A stretch of 64,000 nt of DNA from the human T2T-CHM13v2.0 reference genome, Homo sapiens. Positions 1 through 13,949 of the stretch are shown here, piece by piece; position 1 is the first letter of the stretch, and the number at the start of each line of letters is the position of its first letter. The stretch lies in the NCBI RefSeq assembly GCF_009914755.1, contig NC_060928.1. The stretch is one strand, 5' to 3'. The translations under genes and the position numbers were made by a program. The notes beneath the pieces are model-generated. The model was not told where the DNA came from, made no database searches, and was given only the letters and a program-made list of their open reading frames with translations.

Positions 1-91
1 ATTTACTTTGTCTTTCTTTCTTTTTACACGTAGCTCCTAAATCCTTGTTTTTTGTTTATTGTTTCTTAGTCCTTTCTCTTTCAATTATTTT

Positions 92-409
<318 letters not shown>

Positions 410-873
410 TAAAGAATAACCTGATAAGTAATTTTGGTTAATCAAGTCATCTTTATGACTGTTCTAAAAAATACATTTAGTCACTCTGAAGACACACTTC
501 GGCAATTCAAACATGTATCAATTTTTCCAAAATACCTTAATAAAAATATAACTCTTGATTCTAATGCCAATCATTGCCCTTCAAATACACTCAAACTACA
601 TCTGTTAATCCATTTTGGTTTCCCAATGAAGTTAAAATATTTGAGTGTGTAAATAATTGTTTTTGATACATGGTGACAACTAGTCAAAAGCTCCTCCTGC
701 TCTAAAATAACCTTGAAAGCAGCATTGAGGAACTAATGTCTTAAACTATAATCAATGAGAATTGATGATATTCGTGGTTATCAAATATTTCTAACTGTTC
801 AATTCAGAACTACTGAATCCCTTAGCTTTTTCATATGTTTCAATACAACTTGAAACTTAAATTCACTAAATTA

Positions 874-1107
<234 letters not shown>

Positions 1108-3724
1108 CTAACAAGAAAATTATAAACCATACCTTTAGATTTGTGTCTTAAAATTTCTATAATATAATTTATTATATGTAATAATCACATAATAGTTCAT
1201 TTCATGTCTGCAGCAGGGCAAAAAACTCAATTTTGGAAAAATCCAGGTTTTTAGTTACTGAACAATCATTTTTAACCTTTTCAAAGATATAAAGTTATGA
1301 TGTTAAGATAGGTAATTACAATTTCGTTCAAACGTTCTAATATAAAAGTTTCACAGTGGAACTCAACAAATCTGAACATTTAAAGAACATTTTGTATTTC
1401 ATGCATTTTCTTTGCTCCATTTATACTGACTCAAGGAAATACTTCTGCATGAAAATTGCCTCCTGTGTCTCGGTGACCTATGTCAAAATAAAACAGTGGT
1501 CTTTCCCAACAAAAATAGTGAGACAGTTTGTCCCAACTTTCTTCCTCATATGATTTGTAAAATAATGAAGTTAGGTTATTTTTTCTCCTCTGCCTGAACT
1601 CCTCCCCAGCTGGAATTTAAGTCATTTGGGATTGTGCATGAATTCCCTTGGTCACAAAAGAGCTATTAAGCAAATGACTGTTTCCAGGAGCTAGATAGAA
1701 TTAATGCACCGATTGATGATGAAAATCTATCCAGGCGTGAGTGAAGAAAATCATCAAACTTCTATTCTAGTCTGTGCTCTAGTCTATGGACTGCGGCTGC
1801 AGCTTTTTGGTATTCTACTGATTTTGACTATTTCTTGTCATATAACAGAGCTTACCAAGATTTTTCAGACATTTCTATTGTGGTAGCTGCATAGCTGTGA
1901 CCATGGTTTTTCATACTCTCTCACATACAAAGGCAGGGATTTATACTGCTTGAAGCTGTGCATCACAGTGGTTGGTTGGTTGGTTTGTTTGTTTTAAAAG
2001 TGGTGCGGTATAATCAGAAAACAAAGACTTCAAAATCAGGTGGCTCTGGGTTCGGGACCTGCCAATGCCATTTAATACCTCAATAATTTCTGGCAAATCA
2101 TTTACACTTTCCTCAATTAGAAAATGAATGTGAAGATTTACACACACACACATGCACACACAGAGTCAGGTGTAAGACATAACATACAGCATACACTCAA
2201 AAGTGATCATTTAACATTAAAAATAGTAATTTTTACATAATGCATTGCTTCTTTAAATAATTCACTGCAGACTTCCAGACATCAGCTCGTGCATGTTATG
2301 GTTGCACATTCACAATGAATTATCATTTCTTTTGGTGGAGCAGAATGTCTTGGACTTTCTTTAGTACAGCAAAGGCAGATTGGTGATGCTACTTTCTAAA
2401 GATCCTCAGATGCTTTTGAGCTATTTTTTCACCTTTTTTGGAACACTCCTGTGTTGAACGTTTCATGATGTCTGAGTGTAGATAGACTGAGGAGATAACT
2501 CTGAAAATGGAGCTAAGCATCTGGGTCACTGGAGCCTCCAGCACCCTCTCTAGTCAGCTAAGCAGTGATATGTAATGTTAGCACATGCAGTGCTAAATAG
2601 AACTTTTGCAACTCAGTGAGTTCTTTATTTTTGTGTATGTATCAGTGTTAAAATTATATTGGTTAAGCTGATTATTTGTTACCTTGAGGAAGAAAAAAGG
2701 CAAAATCTTATCTGGTTTAACTGACCCATATAAATAGAAATTGTAGATGGCAAGCCCTAAACTTTTGCACAGTCCAGCTGGATGGATTAACAAAACTACC
2801 TAACGCTGAAGCCATCTCTTCTATAAGCCTAATAAAAATACATATATTACAATTTTTCTATTTAGAAAGCAACAGAGCTCTCAGTCATTCTCCATTTGCT
2901 ATTGGTTAGATCATAGAAAATGACTTTTGACTTTTCCTGGGGGCTGGGAGAAGGGGCAGTGTGCGCGATTCTACCGCCCTATGCACTAAATATGTACAAT
3001 GTTAGCATTGTGGTAATATTTAGGATGCAGTGATACCAGGCTTTATTCAGACATTTTAATGACTTTTAGTCTCTCATTTATTTGTAAATAGAGATGAGCA
3101 CAAAGATGGGGAAAAGCTTTTGTCATTTTCTGTCTCATGTTTATTTCTGTTTTAATACTTTACAAACTTAATGTATTAGACCAAGATATTGGACTTCCCA
3201 CTTTATACTTATCACTGGCTCTTGCATAAGACTAGTTTGATCTTGATTTGATCTTGGCCTTCACTTGGTCATGATGATACAACTTAAGCTGGGCAGGCCA
3301 TTTTAATGCATGTGACCTTGAGAAGCCAGTCCTGGCTAATAAACTTCTTATTTTTTAAGCCCTTATCATCTATACTGAAGCATATCCATGCATAGGACAA
3401 AGTAGACTCATTTTCTTATTCTAAATATTTCAAATATTTGCTCTTTTATCTCATTTAAGTGGGTCAATGAAATACCCCACTTAAAACATGATTCTTAGTA
3501 ATTATTTCTCTCCTTCATGTGTCCTGAGGGGAAGCTTTGTCACATTCTGGTGTTTACTAATGAGGGAGGTACTTTCCTATGACTTTTCTTCTTTTCTGTT
3601 TTTTCACATCTTTATTGAGGTATGATTGATATAAAAATGGCACATATTTAATGTAGAATGTTTTATGTGTTTACAGGACATTTCAATCAGCATTGAAAAA
3701 TTGGTTTAGGTACCCAGAATTTTT

Positions 3725-3837
3725 GTTTGTTTGTTTTTGTTTTTGTTTGTTTGTTTGTTTTGAGACGGAGTCTTGCTCTGTCGCCCAGGCTAGAGTGCAG
3801 TGGCGCATCTCGGCTCACTGCAACGTCTGCCTCCCAG
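3725..3837 (-). mobile_element. 5'-truncated Alu (3' ~75 bp plus (TTTG)n tail)
   Basis: Only the right-monomer end (gagacggagtcttgctctgtcgcccaggc...) is present; TSD CCAGAATTTTT at 3714-3724 and 3841-3851. Confidence 0.9.
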
Positions 3838-4704
3838 ATACCAGAATTTTTATAGCTTTACAGTCATGAGTATTTGATGGTCAAAAAGAAAGTATGAAAA
3901 ACTATACAAGTAGACTTCCTTCCTCAGTCCACAGTAACCACTCGTTGGCACAAACTTGTAGGGCTCTGATAGTTCCTTGCACTTCTTTCATTTAGTGTTT
4001 GACACTGGTTCCAAAAACTCACTGTAGACTTCTCAAAAGGCACATGTTAGTTCTTAACTAGCAATTCATGACACTGCCAGATTCACTAAATATATTTGAA
4101 TATATCGTATTCAAATATGTTGTGATGATACTTCATTATCTCATGCTATTTTTTATCTCATACCATTTTACCTCTTATAAAATGATATAAAAGGTAATAA
4201 GTGGTATAAGTGGTATAAGAGATAACAAGATACCATCTTATGATCTTGATTGGTCAAAAAGACCAATCATATTTTCACTTGTTACCTCGGATAAAATGGT
4301 GAGGTTGTTTCTCAAGCCTACCAAAGTTGGTAAACTCCTCAAGGAGTCTGGTAGCCTTAAGGCTATCAAAATAAAATCTTTTACACTTTTTTTTTCACTG
4401 ATCAGAAGTCAAGTTATATGAATCTTGGGCCCTCCAATGGTTTGGTTCAGTGTGAAAAAACAGAAGTATTAGCAGAATGGATGGCATCAGGGGAGTTCAG
4501 ACACACAGCATGGAACAGGGAGTACATTTTGAACTTCAATGTAATAGAAATGTCAAAGTTGCACAAGGACTGTAACAAATCAGGAATGACTCACTGTCTT
4601 GGTACTGTATTCTCTTTTGTTCCAAAACAAACAATAAAAAAACTTGACCATCCGCAAAATGAACTATTCTCTTTACTGTTTTTACTATTCTCCTTCACTC
4701 ACTA

Positions 4705-4900
4705 ACTCAATCATCCATTCAACAAATCCTTTTAGACTGCCTACTATGTGTCAGGCATTGTCCAAAACTCTGAAAACACAGCAGACAACAAGATAGACAA
4801 AAATCTTTCCCATATGAAACTCATATTCTGGTGAAGGGAGAGCAAAGAAATATAGTAGTAAATATATATATTTTGCCATAGAATGAAAAGTGATATAAAA
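4705..4900 (-). mobile_element. L2 3' end relic
   Basis: catccattcaacaaat...ctactatgtgtcaggcattg is the reverse complement of the typical L2 terminus. Confidence 0.7.
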
Positions 4901-5712
4901 ATAAATAAAAATGAGAAGAAAAATTGAATGTGCCAGAAGTGGATGTAAAGGTACTGTCTCCCAAGTATAGAGAGGTATGGGTGTTAGATTTCTGGGATTA
5001 GGGGATGATTTGGAAGTACAAGATTTTTATGCTGACTTTCATGGAAGATATACAAGACATGGGATTGATTTTGATAATGTGAAGGCAAGTCATGGCTATG
5101 AAGCTATGGGTGTAGGGGAGAGAAGGACAGAAAAGTAGGATCTTCTAGTTCTATGTCCACTTATTTACTCTCTTTGGTGGAGACAGGCAAGAAATAGCAA
5201 TTGTGAACTCATAGAGTAACGTACCATTCATATGTTTGAGTTATTTGAGTTCTTCTCCATCCTTTGCAAAAATATTTTTCCCAAACTAATCATGATCATG
5301 TTGAAGTCATATGCTCAGTGCCCAGTGCTCCTCTAATCAAAAGAAAGCCCATTTGATTTGAGGTAATATGTACATTACTTCAAAGACTAAAGGTAAGAAA
5401 ATAAGTATACCCCTTCGGTGAGAAGAATGTACATTTCCGGGTATTAGATGTATGCTTCTCCCATACAGTCAATATAAGCTGGTTCTTGGGCTACTTGGTC
5501 TGAACAGCTTCTTGTCTCCCCCCTTTCTTCCTTTCTTCTTTTTTCCTTTCTTCCCTCTCTCTTTCCTTTTCCTTATTTTCAACCAACACGTGCCCAAAAC
5601 TATACTAAGTGCTGGAGGTGAATTAATAAGAATGTCACAGTCCCTGCTCTCATTGAGTTTTTATTCTAGAGATGATCACTGGAAACAGCAATCTAATTAT
5701 TAAGTGAGATAA

Positions 5713-6184
<472 letters not shown>

Positions 6185-7376
6185 TAGGTTTCCTAAAGTG
6201 CCTAATATAACATTTAAAAAAAATCAATATAGCCAACTTTAATTTTTTTGAAAGACCAGTTGAAGAGATATCATTATTTTCATTAAACCACTGGTGGAAA
6301 GAAAAGTATTTTATTTTTAAGGTATCCTACATGGCTCACAAGGATTTTCTGAACATGAATACCAAGTTTTTAAATGCATCTTGACCATCTAAAGTAAAGA
6401 TACTACAAATAATATGTTTAATATTTTAAAGCCTAAATGTTAATACTATAGTTACCTTGTGTTTGTTACGAACAGCGCTTAAAAAATAACTGAAACTAGT
6501 TACTAACATTTCCAGGTACAATTGAAAGTACTAATTTTGTAATTGTAGCTTTGAGCTGGGCATATAACAACAGTTACAGGCTTTATCTTTCTCTGTTAAG
6601 TGATCATTGTTGCTCTTATTATTCTCAAATCTTTAGCTAATGGCAGGGAAATTGCCAACACTACTAAGATCCACCCACTGGCATTGACAATGTCATTCTA
6701 AGTCAAACACCTGGTTTCTCCTGCCTTATTTTGTATTACTGATGGAATTATGGGCATTTAAATGCATGAAATAGTTGTCCATTCTGCTCTAAGGGATGAT
6801 CTGGACAAACATCATTATGCTTTACACTCTCTGATGTTAAATAGGATTAATTACCATGGCATTCCCTGGAAATTCTCACTTAATCTCACTCTTCTATCCA
6901 TACAAGTGCTTATTTATTTGTATTTACTTTGTCCCACTGAAACAGCATTTTATCTGTGAGATAAAACGGCTATTATAAATCTCATAGCAAATAAATATGT
7001 TGACTAAATCAGAACCTTTTTACAAATACTTATAATTGTGAAAGAGTTTATGAACTCAGCGTAAAGATTAACTGTTCATTTCCCCTTGTAACATTTGTAA
7101 TGATTTTTAAAGAAAAATACTTCATTTGTAAAAATGCTGCAAAAACCTATTGGCAGTCCCATCTTGTAAGCTTGAAAATATACACTCTTATTCATGCTCA
7201 CTTTTAATTTAATTCTGTAAGTATATTCACACATGGCAGTCATTGAGCAAATGGCATTTTAAGTCAAATACGTATAACATAATAATCTAAATCCTGTGAA
7301 TAAGTAGTTCTTTTCATTATTTTAATAAAGAATTGACATATGTGTATATAAGGGAAGTATTTTATTCTAATATGCA

Positions 7377-7670
7377 TTTTTTTTTTTTTTGAGACAGAGT
7401 CTTGCTCTGTCACCCTGGCTAGAGTACTGTGGCACAATCTCGGCTCACTGCAACCTTGCCTCCCGGGTTCAAGCGATTCTCCTGCCTCAGCCTCCCCAGT
7501 CGCTGGGATTACAGGTGCTCGCCACCATGCCCGGCTAATTTTTGTATTTTTAGTAGAGACGGGGTTTCACCATCTTGGCCAGGCCGGTCCCGAACTCCTT
7601 ACGTCATGATCCACCCACCTCCGCCTCCCAAAGTTGATGAGATTACAGGCGTGAGCCACCGCGCCAGCTC
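7377..7670 (-). mobile_element. Alu (AluSg/Sc-like)
   Basis: Full dimer with poly-T; TSD CTAATATGCATTTTT at 7367-7381 and 7671-7685. Confidence 0.95.
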
Positions 7671-8409
7671 CTAATATGCATTTTTAATGTAAATCAGTTT
7701 ATTAAGATGACAGAATCTAAATGGAGAAAAACCTAAATCAATATACTCAACGCAGCTGCTTATCTAAATTCAGAATCACAAGGGAATGACTTTGCTCACT
7801 TAAATTCTATGAGTGTTATTTTATCAAATGGGGAAAGGGCTAAGAAGCAGATTTTTCATGTTGTTAGTACCATTTTACTTCAAGTCCTCTGTTTGCTGCT
7901 GACAAACTGAGGCCACCATTCTACCAAGTGAAGCCTGCTGTGCCTCCCCTCATCTGACACTGTGAACCAAATATGCAGGACCACGATGCCAGAAATAGTT
8001 GCCTATGCTCCTCTAAGTAACACTCTGGACAAAAATGCATTTGTATTTCATACCGTGGTTTATTTCTGTGACCCAGTGAAATCGATGGTTCCCCATATTG
8101 CTCTGCACAGTTTCCAGTTTGGCCCCAAACCCATGATTCTCCAACCTAAACCCATCATTGTGTCTTCGGGAAATCCTGCTCAATCAGAAAACTCTTTTGT
8201 CCTCAATTACTTATACAAATATATTCTTCACCATACTGACTTTAGAAAAATCTGGCTTCCCCTTAAAATTATTCGTTCAGTAATTTTAATGAATTTAATC
8301 AGAGGCTAATTTTTCTCATATCTGTTGTACTTCAGTGTAAGAAAGGTGTAGACAACGGCTGTATAGGCACTTCTGGATTATTTATGTTTCCCAAGCAAGT
8401 CGTTTTCCA

Positions 8410-8492
8410 GATAGATAATTAGAAATATACAGATATAAAAGATAGATGGATATACAGATACAGATAGATAGACAATAGATGATAGATCGATT

Positions 8493-8535
<43 letters not shown>
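8410..8535 (+). repeat. GATA microsatellite
   Basis: Pure (GATA)10GAT at 8493-8535, preceded by degenerate GATA units. Confidence 0.95.
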
Positions 8536-10257
8536 CTCACTCCTTTGAATCTCAGGCCATTCGGTTACATGACTCTCCTATCCTCTCCCCAAAGTTTAGC
8601 TCCTGTTTCTCAGTATTTCTGTCTACCCATAGTCTTTCAATATTCCCAGTGACTTAAATAACAATGTGAATAAACCACCCAGAAGAGCTCTATGCTCCTT
8701 TTCATAAGAAATTATCATTAACCTTCTTTCTTGCAGTGACTTTTTTTCTACATGTTGGCCTGTCAAAAAGAATATGCCCATACCTTAGGTTATTTCATTC
8801 AGAATTTTGCTTTCAAGAATTGCACATCCAGGTCTGTTTTAGTCATAATCTATGTTCTCAAAACCACAAATGTGTTGTGTGGCTGAGTGACTCACGATGT
8901 ACTTACAATACTTATGGGAGAGACTAAGATGCCTTGGTCAAGTTTGTGACATTCTTTCAAGAAAGAAAGTTCTTTACACGTTTGTTGAGGCTTTTCAGGG
9001 ATTTATTCTCTGAGACGTACATTGTAAAATTAAGTCAATTTAGACCGTAGCTTTTCAACCACAATTTTCACTTAAGCAAGCTTTATTGAAACTGAGATTT
9101 TACAACAGCCCCAAAGAGAGTGCTGAATTCTTACTGTTGGAGAAGATAGCTTAAGAGAAGGAATACAAAGATCTAGATAACAAAGATGAACCTCAGACAC
9201 CTGTTTATATTTTAAAGGGAAAAGCTCAGGTAGAGATTTCACACCTTATGCAAATGGAATAGCAAGTATTTTTAGTTCTTTCATTACCAGAATCGGTTAC
9301 TGGTAGATGAAATAGGACGATTCAGAGTTCCACATACTCATTCTGAATAGGATTCAGACAATATAGCACAGATTTATTCAAAACAACATAAAAGAGAGCC
9401 ACTCAGAATTAAAGAATCAAATTATCATCTATGCATTTTCAATAAAGAGAAAATAGGCAATGAAAAACAAAGACACACCAACAAAAAAAAATCTGTGTGT
9501 GTAAAACTTTAACTTTTTCAGATGGTAATTAACGCACATATGCGAGAGAGAACCTTCTGTTCTATTCCTGCAAGAAACACATTTGATAAGTTCCCCACCC
9601 TATCTTATCATGTACGTCTGTATTTTTTTGGAGAGGCAGAAACCCTCAAGAGAGGGCTAAAAGTGGGTGTGATACACACTTGAGGAAATTGAAAAATATG
9701 AGGATTTTATCTGGCTCTGAAGATGTAAAATATATGGCACAAGACAGAGACCAGGAATTTCCACTAGCCTCTAGAACTTCAAATATCTGTGCCCCTAAGG
9801 GAAGTCTATGATAGATACTGCTATTAATCTTGATATTGTTATTAACTCTACCTTCCTTAAAAATGAATGGCAACTTACAGAATATATACCTTGCCATTCG
9901 TTTTCAAGGAAGGTAGATGTTGGTAACTGTGAAATGTGATATATTTGGTTATACAAATTTAGGAGGAGGATCTAAAATACAATCACAGTGTTTTGCATAA
10001 TAAGGAATTTGGAGCCCCAGGAAAAGTACAGAAATTCGACTTGAGAGACAGACTTATCCATTATATCTAGGGTGTAAGGAAGGCAAGGCTCTTATATTCT
10101 ATACAGAATACAAGGAAATAAAACATAAAGGAAGTACTCAATCTAAACTGTATTTCAATGTGTGATTTGTGTAATATGTAATGTAAACCCACCGTCTATC
10201 TCTCTTATACATCTTCAATCAAATATTCATGCCATTTTGCAAATGGATGTTTTTTTC

Positions 10258-12095
10258 AGAGCTCAAAGGGAAGTACAAAAGAAGCAACAGCGCCTACATC
10301 AAAAGAGTGGAAAAACTTTAAATAAACAACCTAATAAAGAATCTTAAAGAACTTAATGAATCTCAAGGAAAAGTAAAAGCCAACCAAACCCAAAGTCAAT
10401 AGAATAAAAAAAAATAAAAATTAGAACAGAAATAAATGAAATTGAAGAAAGAAAATGATACAAAAGATAAGCAAAATGAAAAGTTGGTCTTTTAAAAAGA
10501 TAAATAAAATTGACAAACCTTTAGCCAGATTAAGGTAAAAGGAAAGAAAACCAAAATAAATAAAAATCAGAGATGAAAAACTAGACATTAAAACTGATAC
10601 TACAGAAATTCAAAGGATCATTAGATGCCCCTATGAGCAACTATATGCCAATAAATTGAAAAACCTAGAAGAAATGGATAACTTTCTAGACACATGTAAC
10701 CTACCAATATTGAACCAGGAAGAAATCCAATATCTGAACAGACTAATAACAAGTAATGAGATTGAAGCTGTAATAAAAATTCCTTCAGCAAAAATAAGAC
10801 TGGGACCCAAGCTTCTCTGCTGGATTTTACTAAACATTTAAAGAACTAATACTAATCTTACTCAAACTATTCTGAAAATTAGAAGAGGAAGGAAAACTTT
10901 CAAACTCATTCCATGAGACCAGTATTACCCTGATTCCAAAACCAGAAAAAGGTATATCAAAAAATGAAAACTATAGGCCAATATTCCTGATAAACATTGA
11001 CGCAAAAGTCCTCAGCAAAATACTGGCACACTGAATTCAACAATAACTTCAAAAGATCATTCATCATGATCAAGTGGGATTTATCCCAGTGATGCAAAAA
11101 TGGTTCAACTTACTCAAATAAATCAATGTGATATATCATATCAACAGAAAGAAGAGCAAAAAGCATATAATCTTGTCAATTTGATGCTGAAAAAGCATTT
11201 GATAATATTCAACACCCTTCATGATAAAAAGCTTAGAAAACTGGGGATAGAAGAAATATACAACAAACCCACAGCTAGCATCATACTAAATGCAGAAAAA
11301 CTGAAAGCCTTTTCTCTAAGATCTAGAACATGACAAGGATGCTCACTTTCAACACTGCTTTTCAAAATAGTTCTGGAAGTCCTAGCTAGAGCAATCAGAA
11401 AAGAGAAAGAAATAAAATTTGGAAAGAAAGAAGTCAAATTACTGTTGTTTGCAGGTGATATAATCTTATATTTGAAAAAAAAAACCTAAAGACTCCACCA
11501 AAAAAACTATTCACAATAGCCAAGATTTGGAAGCAACATAAGTGTTTATCAACAGATGAATGGATAAAGAAAATGTGGCCTGTATACATGATGGAGTAGC
11601 ATTTAGCCATAAAAAAGAATGAAATCCTGTCATTTGCAACAACATGGATGGAACTGGAGATCATTATGTTACATGAAATAAGCCAGGCACAGAAAGACAA
11701 ACTTCATATATTCTTACTTATTTGTGGGAGCTACAAATGGAAACAATTGAACTTACAGCGATAGAGCATAGAATGGTGATTACCACAGGTTGGGAAGGAT
11801 AGTGGGTGTAGGTTGGTGGGAGGTGGAGATGGTCAATGGGTAATGAATAAGATCTAGTATTTTATAGCACAACAGAGTGACTATAGACAATGCTAATATT
11901 GTACATTTTCCGCAACTAGAAGAATTTAATTGAATTGCTTGTAGCAAAAAGGATAGATGCTTGAGGTGATGGATACCCCATTTTCCATGATGTGATTACT
12001 GTATATTGCATCCCTATATCAAAGTGTCTCATGTAACCCTTATGTATATATACCTACTATGTACTCATAAAAATTAAAAATTAATAAATAAAAAG
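10258..12095 (+). mobile_element. L1 (L1MA2/3-like), 5'-truncated and internally deleted
   Basis: Broken ORF2 frames (NLEEMDNFLDT..., LNAEKLKAF...), a jump at ~11510 to the ORF2 end, then an L1MA-type 3'UTR and A-rich tail. Confidence 0.9.
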
Positions 12096-12889
12096 CGACA
12101 GAATCTTGATTATAGTCATGCATATCTGAGGACTTACAGATGTTTAAGTATTTAAATTGTAAAATATAACTAATGAAAATATATTGTTTCTTTCATCACA
12201 TATGTATGTCCTCTTGTTCAAGACAACGTTTTCATTATTTTTAAAACTTAATTTTATGGGCAAGAAAAAAACTGCATGAATTTAAGTATATAATACTTCA
12301 ATATATGTAGACAAATTGTAATGTAATATTTATTAGCATCTTAAAACAAAATATATATAATATTTATTTTAAGTTCAGTTCAATTTAACATTTTATCTAT
12401 AAAGGCATAGACACTACATTATCTGGGGGGATACAGCCCAATATTACAGTGGTCGCAGAATGTCAATGTTTAGTTGTCTCTAGGAGAGAATTCTTAGGAT
12501 TAGGAACACTCATGCGAGCTATATGAGACAGGTAGATAAGCTCCTTAAATGAGATGAACAAAACGAATATTGTGCTATCGTTTATTTTTCTAATTTCTTG
12601 AAATAAGAAAAATTATTCCTCTTCTATGGCAGGACAATTATTTTATTATAAAAATCAATGCTAAAGTTTTTACTAGCATAAAGTTGTGCACATAGATTTC
12701 TGGGTTATAATGGCTGCTTACAGTATTTGTTTTGTTCTTATGCACTATCCAACTGTAAGCATTACAAAATATTTATCAATCACTCATCCACTATTTCAAG
12801 AATATGCCTTCCCTTTATCTCTATTATAATCTACTACATCTTCACAAATGATATGAAAGTGTACGTATAAGTAACAAGTACATCATGCT

Positions 12890-13102
12890 TTCTATGTGCT
12901 AGCAATGTTTCCAATAAGCTTGCATGTTCTAAATAATAACAGTGTCACATGAAATTTACATACTGGGTACTATTATCATTGCCAGTTTATATATCGAGAA
13001 ACTAAGACACAGAAGCTTTAAGTAAATAGCCATCCTACTTGGAAAGTAGTAGAGATGTGATTTGAACCCAGACTTTATAATAAAAGTTCTTAACCACTAT
13101 GT
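12890..13102 (-). mobile_element. MIR
   Basis: MIR core gagaaactaagacacaga...gatttgaacccaga...taaccactatg. Confidence 0.75.
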
Positions 13103-13357
13103 TATGAGCATCAAAAAGATAACTTATAAAAAATATCCTAGGATTTCATCAATTTAGGGCCACTACTCCTTTGCTACTTGAAATATTATCTTTTGGTCTT
13201 GAAAATGAAATGTATGTTCCATCTTAATCTTTGTTGATGTCCCTTCTTCAGTTATAACCTGTTTTAATCCTTCCATATGTTTGATTGATACTAAGTGTTT
13301 TAAAATCAATATTGTCAACTTCATAAAACACAGTTCTTGTAAAAGTTTAAAATTTCA

Positions 13358-13401
13358 GCTGGGCACCGTGGCTCACGCCTGTGATCCTCGCACTTTGGGA
13401 G
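13358..13401 (+). mobile_element. Alu 5' head only (~44 bp), no tail, flanked by a direct repeat
   Basis: gctgggcaccgtggctcacgcctgtgatcctcgcactttgggag; AGTTTAAAATTTCA at 13344-13357 and 13400-13413. Confidence 0.9.
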
Positions 13402-13949
13402 TTTAAAATTTCACTTTGATATACATTTGCATTTTTTGTTAGATATTCTCCAAACACAAAAATAGGTCTCAGACTGAAAGACTAACTGTGCAATTATGGA
13501 CAATTCTGTTAAGTTAGAATGATGAAGAGGTGGATTGAATGAGATCTATTTCTATAACTGGTCAGTTCATTTTAGCAGACCTTTTTGCTATGACAACCTG
13601 CTAGCTGAGATTCTAAAGAGCCTACCTTCTTTATCCACTGATTTTTTTATGTCTTTTTTTTCTCAAATAGACAGGCCTCTAGGTTCTAATTTACTTGAAA
13701 ATCTTGAAGAGAAACTCAAGAATACATCTTCATTATGTGGACTAACTATAGAATGTGTGCAGCCAGTTTTCCTGCTGCATTTATAAAACCCAGGGACAAA
13801 TTATATTCTTTAACTTTTACTTATGACTGGCTGTAACTTAGAGTTATATATTACATTCTTTGCTAAGAATAGTTTGTAAATTATTAACAGACACTGTTAA
13901 GATCCTTTCTCTTTTTATTCTAATTTAAATTATTTTAAAATTCAATATT

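Noticed and set aside
7962-8309. 115-aa plus-strand ORF in unique sequence
   Set aside because: GTG start, no domain or splice support; within chance expectation.
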